The position numbers and the translations under genes are program-made. Below the pieces are notes generated by a model, which saw only the letters and a list, made by a program, of their open reading frames with translations, made no database searches and was not told the origin of the DNA. 64,000 nt of DNA from Comamonadaceae bacterium (lineage in GTDB: Bacteria; Pseudomonadota; Gammaproteobacteria; Burkholderiales; Rhodocyclaceae), in assembly GCA_029255645.1 (NCBI GenBank), contig JANLJE010000026.1:136359-200358 (forward strand), read 5' to 3'. This document shows, piece by piece, positions 7,911-18,901 of the stretch; position 1 is the stretch's first letter, and each line of letters starts with the position of its first letter.

Positions 7911-7984
7911 TGCGGCCCCTCTTCTGGAATGGAGAATTTACGGATCATCGTTGAATACTTGAGCATGGCTATTTCGCCATTCAC

Positions 7985-8308
7985 TTGCGAAGAAAAATCA
8001 TGCCTCTCAAGAATATTCAGACGACCGGAAAGGCCATTGCAGTAGCAGTCAGTGGACTGCAGTTGGGAGTGGCGACCAGCGCCCAGGCACAAGTCTCCGG
8101 CAGCGCGGCGTCGACGTCGGACTACGTCTGGCGCGGTTCTTCCCAGACGCGGGAAAAACCTGCCATCCAGGCGGGCTTCAAGTATGCCCACGAATCGGGG
8201 TTGTTTGCCTCGATGAGGGGCTCGAATGTCAAGTTCAAGCCCGACAACGGCGCCAGCAGCGAGTTCGGCATCGCATTGGGCTGGAACGGCAAGATCACCG
8301 ACAAGTGA
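7985..8308 (+). pseudogene. TorF-family putative porin, N-terminal fragment (107 aa, versus roughly 230 aa as I recall for the family)
   Basis: Signal peptide followed by VSGSAASTSDYVWRGSSQTREKPAIQAGFKYAHESGLFAS...NVKF, which matches the TorF/Gcw_chp N-terminal signature. It stops 12 nt before the kdpA start. ATG alternative start at 8000. Confidence 0.55.
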
Positions 8309-8320
8309 TGGAGTCCGAAC

Positions 8321-10030
8321 ATGACTGAGTTTCTTCTCGTATTCGCCCTGGCGATCGGCCTGGGCTGGCCGCTCGGTCGCTATCTGGCGGCAGTGATGCG
8401 CGGCGAGCCGATGCGGGGCGACGGACTCTTCCTGCGCCTGGAACGGCCCCTGTACGCACTGCTCGGCACCGACCCCCAGCGGGGCATGAGCTGGCGTGGG
8501 TATGCGGGCGCCTTTTTGCTGAGCAATGGGGTGCTGGGCGTCATCGTCTGGTTGATCCTGATGACCCAGGCGTGGCTGCCGCTCAACCCCAACGGCGCAC
8601 CCAACATGAGCTGGGACCTGGCGCTGCACACCATGGTCTCCTTTCTGACCAACACCAACCAGCAGCACTACGCCGGGCAGGCCCAGCTTTCCTACCTCGC
8701 CCACATGATGGGCATCGTGTCGCTGCAAATCATCACGCCGATGATGGGACTGGCGCTTGTCGTGGCGACGCTGCGAGCGCTGTTCGGTGGGCGCAATGCG
8801 CAGGCGCGCAAGGCCGATGGCCAGGATCAGACACCGGTGGACGTCGGTAACTACTGGGCCGACGTGATCCGCCCCACGCTGCGCTTGATGCTGCCGCTGT
8901 GCCTGCTGTGGTCGGTATTGCTGACCAGCCAGGGAGTGCCGGCGACGCTGGATGGTGGGCCGGTGCTCGCACCCGTCGATGCGACGGTTCAGATGAAGGA
9001 GCAGAAGATTCCACTGGGCCCGGTCTCGCCCATGGTCTCCATCAAGCAACTTGGCACCAACGGCGGCGGATGGTACGGCGCCAACAGCGCGGTGCCACTG
9101 GAGAACCCGACGCCGCTGTCGAATCTGCTGGAAACGCTGGCGCTCATTCTGATTCCGGTCGCGGTGGTCTTCATGATTGCAGGCCTGACCGGTCGCCGCA
9201 GGTTCGCCGCGCTGGTGCTCGGCACGATGCTGGTCATGTCGGTGGCGTCGGCAGGATTGGCCATCTGGTCGGAAGGGTTCTCCTCCACATCGCAGGACAT
9301 CGCGTTGATGGAAGGCAAGGAAGTCCGCTTCGGCGCCGCGCCCTCCGCATTGTGGGCCGCACTGACGACGCAGACATCCAATGGCTCGGTCAACGCCATG
9401 CACGATTCGCTCGCGCCGTTGACCGGCCTGGTCACGATCAGCGACATGCTGATCAACGCCATCTGGGGGGGCATCGGCTGCGGCTTGCAGCAGTTCATCG
9501 TCTATCTGCTGCTCGGCGTGTTCCTGGCGGGCTTGATGACCGGGCGCACCCCCGAACTGTTCGGTCGCAAGATCGAGGCGCCCGAAGTCAAGCTGCTCGC
9601 GGTCCTGGTGCTGTTGCAGCCGCTGATCCTGCTGGGGCTGACCGCCATCACGCTGTCGGTGCCGAGCCTGACGGGGAACTCGAACCCTGGGTTCCATGCC
9701 ATCAGCCAGGTGTTCTATGAATACGCCTCGGCCTTTGCCAACAATGGCTCCGGCTTCGAGGGGCTGGGCGACGCCACCGTGTGGTGGAACCTGACCTGCA
9801 GCTTCGTCCTGGCCGCTGGCCGTTACCCCGCCCTCATCATTCCGCTGGCGATCGCAGCCATGCTCGCGCGCAAGCGCCAAGCCCCGGAAAGCACGGGCAG
9901 CCTGCAGATCGAAACCCCCACATTTGCGCTCACGCTGATCGCCGTCATCGTCATCCTGACGCTGCTTCAGTTCATGCCCGTGCTGGTGCTCGGCCCGGTG
10001 GCCGATCACCTGAGCCTGATCGCGCGTTGA
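8321..10030 (+). CDS. kdpA: Potassium-transporting ATPase subunit KdpA
   Basis: 569 aa, polytopic. Typical N-terminus [26 protein letters not shown] and motifs such as GTNGGG. Followed by kdpB and kdpC. Confidence 0.95.
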   Translation: MTEFLLVFALAIGLGWPLGRYLAAVMRGEPMRGDGLFLRLERPLYALLGTDPQRGMSWRGYAGAFLLSNGVLGVIVWLILMTQAWLPLNPNGAPNMSWDLALHTMVSFLTNTNQQHYAGQAQLSYLAHMMGIVSLQIITPMMGLALVVATLRALFGGRNAQARKADGQDQTPVDVGNYWADVIRPTLRLMLPLCLLWSVLLTSQGVPATLDGGPVLAPVDATVQMKEQKIPLGPVSPMVSIKQLGTNGGGWYGANSAVPLENPTPLSNLLETLALILIPVAVVFMIAGLTGRRRFAALVLGTMLVMSVASAGLAIWSEGFSSTSQDIALMEGKEVRFGAAPSALWAALTTQTSNGSVNAMHDSLAPLTGLVTISDMLINAIWGGIGCGLQQFIVYLLLGVFLAGLMTGRTPELFGRKIEAPEVKLLAVLVLLQPLILLGLTAITLSVPSLTGNSNPGFHAISQVFYEYASAFANNGSGFEGLGDATVWWNLTCSFVLAAGRYPALIIPLAIAAMLARKRQAPESTGSLQIETPTFALTLIAVIVILTLLQFMPVLVLGPVADHLSLIAR

Positions 10031-10040
10031 GGAAAAAATC

Positions 10041-12080
10041 ATGAACCAAACAACCTCCAAAGATCACGCGGGCTGCCACCCGCGCATGGATGAGCGCAGC
10101 TTTATGCCTGCGCTGATCAACGCCTTCATCAAACTGGCACCGCAGCACATCATCAAGAATCCGGTCATGGCCGTGGTCTGGCTGGGGACCTTGCTGACCG
10201 CGGCCGCCACCCTCGCGGGCCGGGCGCAGCCGGGCTTCGGCTGGGCCGTGACTGCAATCTTGCTGATCACCGTGCTGTTTGGCAATTTCGCCGAGGCGGT
10301 GGCCGAGTCGCGGGGACGTGGCCAGGCGGCCTCGCTGCGCCGGGCCCGCAAGGACTTGATGGCACGCCGGCTCGACAAATCGGGGGGCGAAAAGACCGTG
10401 CCCGCCGCAGAACTGCGCCCCGGCGATCTCGTCGTGATTGAAGAAGGACAACTGATACCGGCCGATGGCGAGATCGTCGAAGGTCTGGCCACCATCAACG
10501 AAGCTGCCGTAACGGGCGAGTCCGCACCCGTGCTGCGCGAGGCCGGCACCGACCGATCGGGCGTGATCGGCGGCACCAAGGTGCTGTCCGACCGCATCGT
10601 CGTTCGCGTCACCGCAGAGCCCGGCAACAGCTTCCTCGATCGCATGATCGCGCTGGTGGAGGGCTCCAACCGTCAGAAGACGCCCAATGAGGTCGCCCTG
10701 GGCATCCTGCTCGGCGTGATGACGCTGACCTTTCTGATCGTGGTCGTGACCTTGCCGTTCATCGGCGGATTCGTCGGTGCCAAGATCAACGTGGTGTTGC
10801 TGGTCGCCCTGCTGGTGTGCCTGATCCCGACCACCATCGGCGGGCTGCTGCCGGCGATCGGCATCGCCGGCATGAACCGCGCGCTGCAGGCCAACATACT
10901 GGCCAAGTCCGGCAAGGCGGTGGAGGTGGCCGGCGACGTGGACGTGCTGCTGCTCGACAAGACCGGGACCATCACCTACGGCGACCGGCAGGCCACCGCA
11001 TTCCATGCCCTGGCCGGGGTAGATGCTGCGCAACTGCGTCAGGCGGTCCTGCTGGCTTCGCTGGCGGACCCGACGCCGGAAGGAAAGTCCATCGTCAAGC
11101 TCGCCCGCGGCAAGGACGAGAAGCTCGACGAACCCGAGGGCGCGCACTTCGTGCCGTTCTCGGCGCACTCGCGCATGTCGGGGGTGGACCTTCCCGGAGG
11201 ACGCATCATCCGCAAGGGGGCAATGGACGCGATTGTGCAGCACGTGCAGACGCTCGGTGGCGTCATCCCGGCGGAGCTGCAGGTGCGTGTCGCGAACGTG
11301 GCCCGCAAGGGCGCCACGCCGCTCGTGGTCAGCGACGGGGCGCATGTGCTGGGTGTCATCGAGCTGTCCGATGTCGTCAAGCATGGCCTCAAGGAGCGTT
11401 TCGCCCGCTTGCGTGCGATGGGCGTCAAGACCGTGATGATCACGGGCGACAACCCGCTCACGGCCGCGAACATCGCCGCCGAGGCCGGCGTCGATGACTA
11501 CATCGCCGAGGCCCGGCCCGAGGACAAGCTCGCGCGCATCCGCGCCGAGCAGGCCGGTGGCCGCCTGGTGGCGATGGTGGGCGACGGCACCAATGATGCG
11601 CCAGCACTTGCCCAGGCCGATGTGGGGCTGGCGATGAACTCCGGCACCCAGGCGGCCAAGGAAGCCGGCAACATGGTCGATCTCGACAGTGATCCGGCCA
11701 AGTTGCTTGCGGTGGTAGAGATTGGCAAGCAACAGCTCATCACGCGCGGCGCGCTGACCACCTTTTCGCTGGCCAATGACGTTTCGAAGTATTTCGCCAT
11801 CCTGCCGGCGCTGTTTGCCGCCACGATCCCGCAGATGGCGGCGCTCAATGTCATGAAGCTGACCAGCCCGACCAGCGCGGTGCTGTCGGCGTTGATCTTC
11901 AATGCCATCATCATTCCGCTGCTGATTCCTCTGGCGCTGCGCGGCGTGCGTTTCAAGCCATCGAGCGCGACGCAACTGCTGCGCAACAACATGCTGGTCT
12001 ACGGCGTCGGTGGCGTCGTGCTGCCCTTCGTCGCAATCAAGGCGATTGACGTCGTGATTTCCGCCTTGTTCTCTCTCTGA
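10041..12080 (+). CDS. kdpB: Potassium-transporting P-type ATPase subunit KdpB
   Basis: 679 aa. DKTGTIT phosphorylation motif ([14 protein letters not shown]), [10 protein letters not shown] and [16 protein letters not shown] hinge motifs. Confidence 0.95.
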   Translation: MNQTTSKDHAGCHPRMDERSFMPALINAFIKLAPQHIIKNPVMAVVWLGTLLTAAATLAGRAQPGFGWAVTAILLITVLFGNFAEAVAESRGRGQAASLRRARKDLMARRLDKSGGEKTVPAAELRPGDLVVIEEGQLIPADGEIVEGLATINEAAVTGESAPVLREAGTDRSGVIGGTKVLSDRIVVRVTAEPGNSFLDRMIALVEGSNRQKTPNEVALGILLGVMTLTFLIVVVTLPFIGGFVGAKINVVLLVALLVCLIPTTIGGLLPAIGIAGMNRALQANILAKSGKAVEVAGDVDVLLLDKTGTITYGDRQATAFHALAGVDAAQLRQAVLLASLADPTPEGKSIVKLARGKDEKLDEPEGAHFVPFSAHSRMSGVDLPGGRIIRKGAMDAIVQHVQTLGGVIPAELQVRVANVARKGATPLVVSDGAHVLGVIELSDVVKHGLKERFARLRAMGVKTVMITGDNPLTAANIAAEAGVDDYIAEARPEDKLARIRAEQAGGRLVAMVGDGTNDAPALAQADVGLAMNSGTQAAKEAGNMVDLDSDPAKLLAVVEIGKQQLITRGALTTFSLANDVSKYFAILPALFAATIPQMAALNVMKLTSPTSAVLSALIFNAIIIPLLIPLALRGVRFKPSSATQLLRNNMLVYGVGGVVLPFVAIKAIDVVISALFSL

Positions 12081-12090
12081 GGATTCGATC

Positions 12091-12750
12091 ATGTCGATTC
12101 AAAACGCAAACACGATCACCCCAACGCCTGCCAGCCCGTCCCAGGCCATCTCCGACAAGGGCCTGCTGCGTGGCGCCATCGGCCTGGCGATCATCTCGCT
12201 GGTCGGCTTCGGCCTGCTGTATTCGCTGGCCGGAGTCGGCCTCGGCCAGGCGTTGTTCCCGAGCGCGGCCAATGGCAGCCTGATCGAGCGCAATGGCAAG
12301 GTCGTGGGTTCGTCACTGGTTGCACAGCCGTTTGCGGATGCGCGCTACTTCCAGCCGCGCCCGTCTGCGGCCGGCCACGATCCGATGGCGGTCGCCGGCA
12401 GCAATCAGGCTCGCACCAATCCCGACCTGCGCAAGCGCATCGACGAAGCGCTCATGGGCGCGGCGCAGCGCAATGGCGTCGATCCCTCTGCCATTGCGGG
12501 CGATCTGGTCACGCAGTCCGGTGGCGGCATCGACCCGCACATCAGCCCGCAAGCGGCAGCCCTGCAGGCCGATCGCGTGGCGCGCGCCCGGGGACTCGGG
12601 CGCGCTGGGGTCGAAGCGCTGATCGCCCGGCACACGCAGAACAAGCAGCTGGGTCTGCTGGGCCAGCCTCGCGTGAACGTGCTTGAGCTCAATCTTGCGC
12701 TGGACGCTGCAACTTCGGCGGAAGTGAATGCACCGGCGAATGGGGGGTGA
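12091..12750 (+). CDS. kdpC: Potassium-transporting ATPase subunit KdpC
   Basis: 219 aa with a single N-terminal TM; NGSLIERNGKVVGSSLVAQPF and SGGGIDPHISP motifs typical of KdpC. Confidence 0.9.
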   Translation: MSIQNANTITPTPASPSQAISDKGLLRGAIGLAIISLVGFGLLYSLAGVGLGQALFPSAANGSLIERNGKVVGSSLVAQPFADARYFQPRPSAAGHDPMAVAGSNQARTNPDLRKRIDEALMGAAQRNGVDPSAIAGDLVTQSGGGIDPHISPQAAALQADRVARARGLGRAGVEALIARHTQNKQLGLLGQPRVNVLELNLALDAATSAEVNAPANGG

Positions 12751-13064
12751 CCGCGCCGAGTAGTCATGTTCAGGCCGAGGATGTGCTCCTTGGCCTGAAG
12801 GCCGCTGGCTAGCTGGGTCATTGCCCGAGCCCTTGGCGTGGCCAGCTCCCGGTCGTGCAACGCGGTGGCATGTTGAGCATTTGGCTCCTACGGCCGCATT
12901 GTTCTCGGACCGAGCATTTCGAGCAGTCTTGGGAGGCCATCGAGACCCGTTTGAGGGGAAGGCGTATTGTTTGATGGGTGAACGCAACGTTTAGCGCCGC
13001 TTGCATGAGGTGACACTTGACGTAGTGCAAGTGAACGTAGACGGATGCAGACAATGACAGCACT

Positions 13065-15827
13065 ATGAGGATTGGACCAGCGATGGGAACCGAACAAACA
13101 GGGCAAGCCGATGCCTTGCTGAGGGAGATCAAGCGGCAGGCTACGGGACGCCTGACGGTGTTCTTGGGCGCTGCGCCCGGCGTCGGCAAGACCTACGCCA
13201 TGCTGGCACGGGCGCGCGAGCTCCACCGTCAGGGGGTGGATGTGGTCATCGGCATCGTGGAGACCCACGGCCGTAGCGAGACCCAGACCATGCTCGAGGG
13301 ATTGCCGCTACTGCCCCGCAAAAAGGTGGAATACCAGGGGCGGCAACTGGAGGAGATGGATCTCGATGGCTTGCTGGCGCGTAAACCGGCAATCGCCTTG
13401 GTCGATGAACTGGCCCATCGCAACGTCCCCGGAAGCCGCCATGAGCGGCGCTGGCAGGATGTGGAGGAACTGCTCAGCGCCGGCATTGACGTATACACCA
13501 CGATCAATATCCAGCATCTGGAAAGTCTGAACGACGTGGTGCATCAGATCACCGGCATCCGCGTCAGCGAGACCGTTCCCGATGCCGTGTTCGAGCGTCT
13601 GCGCGACATCCGTCTGGTCGATCTGCCCGCACGCGAACTTATCGAACGCCTGAACCAAGGCAAGGTGTATTTACCGGAGCAGGCCGCCCAGGCACTGCAG
13701 GCGTTCTTCTCGCCGTCGAACCTCACTGCGCTGCGAGAGCTTGCGATGCAAACCGTCGCAGAGCACGTCGATGCCGACCTGCGCGAGGAGCGCGCGGCCC
13801 GTGGGCTCGAAGGCATTTCGATCCAGCGTCATGTACTGATCGCCATCGACGGTCGGGGGCACTCGGAATATCTCGTGAGGGCCGGCGCCATGATCGCCAG
13901 GCGCCGCGGAGCGCCGTGGTCGGTGGTCACGGTGGAGACCGGGCGCTGGGCCGATGCCGCCTTGCATACAGACGAGATGAATCGCGCGACCCCAGCGCTC
14001 AACAAAATGGCGCGCGACGAACAGCAGCGTCTGATGGAGATTGACAAGGCGTTTGCACTGGCGCGCAACCTGGGCGGCGAGACGGAAGTCATGCACAACA
14101 CCGATGTCGCGCAGGCCCTGCTCGATGCAGCTGCAGCGCGTGATGCCAGGTCGATCGTAATCGGCCGCACACGGGAGCGGCCCATCGCGCGCCTCCTCAA
14201 TCGCACGCTGACACAGCAACTGCTGCAGCGAGGCGCACGCTACGAACTCACCATCATCGGCACACCGCAGGCTCGGCAACGCCGGCCGAGACTGCCCGAC
14301 ATCACGGGAGAACGCCCTACCTGGCGAGAGCTTGTGCTGATCCTGCTGGCCAGCCTCGGAGCCGTCGGTGTGGCGGCGCTGGCCGAGCGCACCCTGGGTT
14401 TGCAGGATCTGTCGATGATCTTTCTGGTGGCCGTCATGCTGGTGGCTTCGCGCACGCGCATGGCTTCGGCTGTCATGACCGCGATACTGTGTTTTCTCGC
14501 CTACAACTTCTTCTTCATCGAGCCACGGTACACGTTCCTGATCAGTGCCCATCGTGGGGTGGCCACCGTCGTGCTGTTTCTTGCCGCGGCCCTGATCGCT
14601 GGACGACTGGCCTCGCGGCTGCGCATGCAGGTGGTGGCACTGCGCGCGGCGAACACCCACGCCACGGCCATGCAGAATCTGGGGCGCCGCCTCGCCAAGG
14701 CTGCCGATCTCGGGCAGGTCATCGCGGCGGGGGCTTCTGTCCTGCAATCGACCCTGCATGCCGAGGCATGGATCCGCATCAATGAGGAATCCGGCCCCGT
14801 CACTTCTGCGGGCCATCTTGGCGAGAAGGATTTGGCGGCTGCCGATTGGACGCAACGGCACGGCCAGGCCAGCGGCCGCTACACCGACACCTTGACTGGC
14901 TCTGCCTGGTGGTTCCTGCCCGTGTCCTCGGACAAGGACACGCTGGGGGTGGTCGGGCTCAGGTTCCCGCCGAACATGGGGCACCTGTCGTTCGAGCAAC
15001 GCCGCCTTGCCGAGAACATGGTGGAAGACATCGGCCAGGCCGCCTTGCGCACCCGCCTGGTTTCCGAACTGGAGCTGGCGCGCGTCACGGGAGAGACGGA
15101 GCGACTGCGGTCGGCATTGTTGTCTTCCGTGTCGCACGACCTTCGCTCGCCCCTGTCGTCGATGATCGGTGCAGCGGACAGCCTGGCGCGCTATGGCAAG
15201 GACATGGGGCCGGAAGATCGGCAAAGCCTGCTGGAAACCATCCATGTGGAAGGCGAGCGCCTGGACCGCTACATCCAGAATCTCCTCGACATGACCCGGC
15301 TCGGACAGCAAGGGCTGACGCTGACGCGCGATTGGATCGGCATCGACGAGCTGGTGGGCTCGGCGTCTCGCCGCTTGCAGCGCTACGAGCCCAACGTCCG
15401 CATCGAGCACGAAATTCCGCCGGACCTGCCGCCGATCCACGTTCATCCTGCGCTCATCGAGCAGGCCTTGTTCAATGTGATGGAGAACGCCGCGAAGTTC
15501 TCGCCTTCCGGAGAGCCCGTCCGGGTGCAGGTGCAGCGAACCGAGGACAATCGATTGCAGATCGACATTTCGGACCGTGGGCCGGGCATTCCCGAGCAGG
15601 AGCGGCGGCGCATTTTCGACATGTTCTACAGCGTGGAGCGCGGCGACCGGGGCAAGCAGGGAACCGGCCTGGGACTGACGATCGTCCAAGGCATCGTCGG
15701 CGCCCACATGGGCAGTGTCGAGGCATTGCCCGGCTTGGAAGGCAAGGGAACCACCATCCGTTTGACCTTGCCCTGGGGTGGGTATTCCAATCAGGAGGCG
15801 AAAGAGCATGATGAGAGGTCCACATAG
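13065..15827 (+). CDS. kdpD: Sensor histidine kinase KdpD
   Basis: 920 aa. N-terminal KdpD domain (FLGAAPGVGKTYAML), Usp-like region, 4 TM, GAF-like region, H-box SHDLRSPLSS and HATPase (GTGLGLTIVQGIV). Alternative start MGTEQ at 13083. Confidence 0.95.
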   Translation: MRIGPAMGTEQTGQADALLREIKRQATGRLTVFLGAAPGVGKTYAMLARARELHRQGVDVVIGIVETHGRSETQTMLEGLPLLPRKKVEYQGRQLEEMDLDGLLARKPAIALVDELAHRNVPGSRHERRWQDVEELLSAGIDVYTTINIQHLESLNDVVHQITGIRVSETVPDAVFERLRDIRLVDLPARELIERLNQGKVYLPEQAAQALQAFFSPSNLTALRELAMQTVAEHVDADLREERAARGLEGISIQRHVLIAIDGRGHSEYLVRAGAMIARRRGAPWSVVTVETGRWADAALHTDEMNRATPALNKMARDEQQRLMEIDKAFALARNLGGETEVMHNTDVAQALLDAAAARDARSIVIGRTRERPIARLLNRTLTQQLLQRGARYELTIIGTPQARQRRPRLPDITGERPTWRELVLILLASLGAVGVAALAERTLGLQDLSMIFLVAVMLVASRTRMASAVMTAILCFLAYNFFFIEPRYTFLISAHRGVATVVLFLAAALIAGRLASRLRMQVVALRAANTHATAMQNLGRRLAKAADLGQVIAAGASVLQSTLHAEAWIRINEESGPVTSAGHLGEKDLAAADWTQRHGQASGRYTDTLTGSAWWFLPVSSDKDTLGVVGLRFPPNMGHLSFEQRRLAENMVEDIGQAALRTRLVSELELARVTGETERLRSALLSSVSHDLRSPLSSMIGAADSLARYGKDMGPEDRQSLLETIHVEGERLDRYIQNLLDMTRLGQQGLTLTRDWIGIDELVGSASRRLQRYEPNVRIEHEIPPDLPPIHVHPALIEQALFNVMENAAKFSPSGEPVRVQVQRTEDNRLQIDISDRGPGIPEQERRRIFDMFYSVERGDRGKQGTGLGLTIVQGIVGAHMGSVEALPGLEGKGTTIRLTLPWGGYSNQEAKEHDERST

Positions 15828-16542
15828 ATCGAACCCGGGAGCATCGACCGCCCGCATCCTCATCATCGACGACGAACCCCAGATTCGCAAGTTCATTGAC
15901 ATCAGTCTGCGCTCGCAGGGCTACGCGACTCTGTTGGCAGGAACGGGGCAGGAGGGACTGACGCTGTTGGCCACCAAGGGAGCCGATCTCGTCGTCCTTG
16001 ATCTTGGCCTGCCGGACAAGGAGGGCAAGGATGTGCTTGAGGAGCTTCGCCAATGGTCGCGGGTTCCGGTCATCGTGCTGACGGTGCGATCCGGCGAGGA
16101 CGAAAAGGTGGCATTGCTCGACGCGGGAGCCAACGATTACGTGACCAAGCCCTTTGGGGTCGAGGAGCTGATGGCGCGCATCCGCGCATTCCTGCGCACC
16201 ATGGAGTCCGGGGCGGACGAAGGCCCGATTTTCGATGATGGCGTTCTCAGGATCGACCTCGTGCAACGGCAGGTGGCTGTCCAAGGGCAGATCATCACGC
16301 TGAGCCGCAAGGAGTTCGCCCTGCTGTCTCTGCTGGTGCGGCAGCCCGGACGGCTTGTGACGCAAACGCAGATTCTCAGGGAAATGTGGGGGCCAACGCA
16401 CGAGGAGGACGCCCATTACCTGCGGGTTCTGGTTGCCAAGTTGCGCCACAAGCTGGGAGACAGCGCCTCGGCACCCCGCTATATCCTCACCGAACCGGGG
16501 GTCGGATTGAGATTTATCGCAAGGGAACGGCAGACCGCATGA
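15808..16542 (+). CDS. kdpE: Response regulator KdpE (OmpR family)
   Basis: Start taken at MMRGPH... (codon 11 of the track ORF). Receiver domain ARILIIDDEPQIRKF...DLVVLDLGLPD, winged-helix C-terminus YILTEPGVGLRF. Overlaps the kdpD end by 20 nt. Confidence 0.9.
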   Translation: MMRGPHRSNPGASTARILIIDDEPQIRKFIDISLRSQGYATLLAGTGQEGLTLLATKGADLVVLDLGLPDKEGKDVLEELRQWSRVPVIVLTVRSGEDEKVALLDAGANDYVTKPFGVEELMARIRAFLRTMESGADEGPIFDDGVLRIDLVQRQVAVQGQIITLSRKEFALLSLLVRQPGRLVTQTQILREMWGPTHEEDAHYLRVLVAKLRHKLGDSASAPRYILTEPGVGLRFIARERQTA

Positions 16543-16778
16543 TCCTATTCGCTTCACCGCGGGACCTTGCAAGGGCTAGAGACCATCTTCCAGACTGCAC
16601 CTGAGGACGTGGGGCAGGTGTAGTGTTCGCCGCACATGTGGACCTTGGAACAGGTCGTGCGGATCTCCAATGCACCGTGCCGCCTCGCGGCATCAGTGAT
16701 GACATCTATCGAATTTGTTTGGCTGACGAAACGGAGACTCCCGGGCCGCAGTAGCTTCTTGCACTACCGTTCGCGGAT

Positions 16779-18363
16779 TCACAGGGTTTTGTCCCATGGC
16801 TCTGGGACCAGCTTCAGATAGGGGTTGTCGGCGGCGGATTGCGTCAGTACCCATGACGGCTCTTTCAACAGGTAGCCGTGCAGCCGCCGCGTCTTGCGGG
16901 GACCACTGACTTCGCAGGTCCAGATGTTCAGGCCACTGACCTGCTTGCGATGCAGTTGCAGCTTCTTGAACCGTCTCTGTACCCACTGCCAATCAGCCAT
17001 CTGGTCCTTCCTGGCGAGGGATGCGGTAATGGGATGCTCCTGGACGTAGCGCTGAAACACGCCGGGACTGACTAGGTAGGCTGTATCAGCGACCGTAAGC
17101 ACCAGCGCCTTCGCGTCGTTGATGATGAGCCGCCGCGTGGCGATGCCCTGCCGTAGCCACACCATGAAATGCTCGCCCGATGGCGTTTCGGACGTCGGCG
17201 GCGGGACCACAGGGGGCGGACTGGCGGCAGCGCCGTCGCGGGGAGATTCGTCCAACTCCAGCATGGGACCGCATCGCCGACCGTAGCCGGAGCGGCCGGG
17301 TCAGGCATGCCGACCATCGAAAGCAAGCTCTCTGTCTGATCCGCCATTCCCGCCATTCCCGCGATCTTGGGAGGCGCACCCGCAACGGAGGAGGACTCGG
17401 AGGGCGCTCCGTTGGCATCGAGATCGTCGGCGGCCGATATCGTCTCCACCGTGACAATGCCGGTGAAGGGCGCCGGTCGCTCGGCCGTCTCCCAGATCTA
17501 TGCCGGCGCGATGCGTAACAGCGTGACGCTGTACGACCACGACCAGCCGGTCTCGCTGGAGATGGTGGCGCGCCAGATCGCCTTGCCATCCGGCGTCGGT
17601 TGCACGATGCCGTGATCCTGCCGCACGTTGAACACCGCCGAGTTCCTGGGCGACCGATGCCTGATCGGCCTGCACGACCAGTTCGCCGAGCGTGCCGGCG
17701 TGCTCGTACTGGCCGGCCAGCACGTACAGCAGCGCGGCCCAAAGGTCGGGATAGCCGCTGAGCCAGTCGAAGATTTGCTGATCGAGCGCCTGCCGATACA
17801 GCAGGCCCGTCGCTGCACTGTGCAGACGGTATTCGCGGCTGGGGCGGTAGCGGAAGCGGTACGGTCGCTGCAAAGGGCTGTGCCAGGGATGCCAGACGCT
17901 GCCGTCGGCGTGCTCGACATGCAGATCCACGGCGACCTTGCCGACATCATGCAGCAGTGCGGCATAGGCCGTGCCGGCCGTCCACGCTTCGGCCTGGGCG
18001 GCCTGCGCTTCCGGCGTGGCGCCGGCAGGCAGCAGGTGCGACTGCCGCAGCTTGAGCGCATAAGCCGTGATTTCGAGGCCGTGGTCCAGCATGCCGACCA
18101 GATAGGCGTGGTGGTGGCTTTCGGACGCAGGGAACTGCTGGACCAGTTCGGCGTAGCATTCCAGCGGCGCCAGATACAGCGTGGCGAACTGTCGGCGCGA
18201 CAGCGAGGGCGCTGCCAGATGTGTTCCAGCAGTTTCTGCCGGCGCGGTGTCGCCAGCAGCGATGCGGCCGACCGGGCCGCGTCAGCCCTTTGGGTGTCTC
18301 GATGGAGGGAGCGGATGCTGCGCCGGAGGCCTGCGGCATCCGTTTGCGAAACAGCGAGAGCAT
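16779..18363 (-). pseudogene. traI: MOBH-type ICE relaxase TraI, multiply disrupted
   Basis: The pieces lie in different frames. They are: the N-terminus MLSLFRKRMPQASGAASAPS (from 18363); the HD-domain core ...GMLDHGLEITAYALKLRQSHLLP...YAALLHDVGKVAVDLHVE...VVQADQASVAQELGG (18092 downward); then FNVRQDHGIVQPTPDGKAIWRATISSETGW...LLRIAPA followed by an in-frame TAG; then IWETAERPAPFTGIV...; and the C-terminal EHFMVWLRQGIATRRLIINDAKALVLTVADTAYLVSPGVFQRY... (17264-16779). At least 3 frameshifts or stops, and an internal deletion after AQELGG. Confidence 0.75.
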
Positions 18364-18387
18364 GGCGAACCTCGGATGAGGGGCTGC

Positions 18388-18901
18388 TCAGGGGTGCCTT
18401 TTGGCCTTTTCGGGTAGGGCCTTTCCCTTTGGCCCCATTCCCGTGCCCCTTAACAGCACTTCGTGGGGCAGCCGGTTATGGCCCGCCAGGTAGATCACGA
18501 AGCACTCGACCATGCCGTCGCTGATGTCGCCCGACTCAAAGAGCTGCCACACGTCGAACAGGTCGCGGGGGTGCTGTCGATCCAGTGCCGCCACCAGCTT
18601 ACTGGCGTAAAGCTCGTCCGGTGCCAGGATCGGCAGCTCGAACTCGACGCCGAACAGATCGCTGGTCCTGGCGCAAAGCGGCTGCCGCTTGACGGGCAGC
18701 ACGCTGCCTCGGAACACGACGTTGACCTCGATCTTCACCTGGTTGGCGTCGTTCTCGACGATCATCCACCGACAGGCGCGGCATGTCCCGCACGAAGAGG
18801 TTGATGGCCGTGCCGCCCTTCATGGCGAAGATGTCGCCCACGAACACGTCGGGCGCGACGGCCAGCAGCAGGCGAACGGTGTCCGCGCAGGTCTTATCCA
18901 T
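18388..18901 (-). pseudogene. abiEii: AbiEii/AbiGii-family nucleotidyltransferase toxin, internally deleted, frameshifted and C-terminally truncated
   Basis: The N-terminus MDKTCADTVRLLLAVAPDVFVGDIFAMKGGTAINLFVRDMPRLSVD (18901 downward) jumps frame directly into IVENDANQVKIEVNVVFRG...ELYASKLVAALDRQHPRDLFDVWQLF...YLAGHNRLPHEVL (ORF 18388..18765). By my recollection of the family, about 80-90 aa of the middle and the normal C-terminus are missing. Confidence 0.75.

Noticed and set aside
8230-8320. Search for a kdpF-like roughly 29-aa hydrophobic ORF upstream of kdpA
   Set aside because: The only tiny ORF there is MESEHD-stop (6 codons). No hydrophobic peptide is encoded in any frame.
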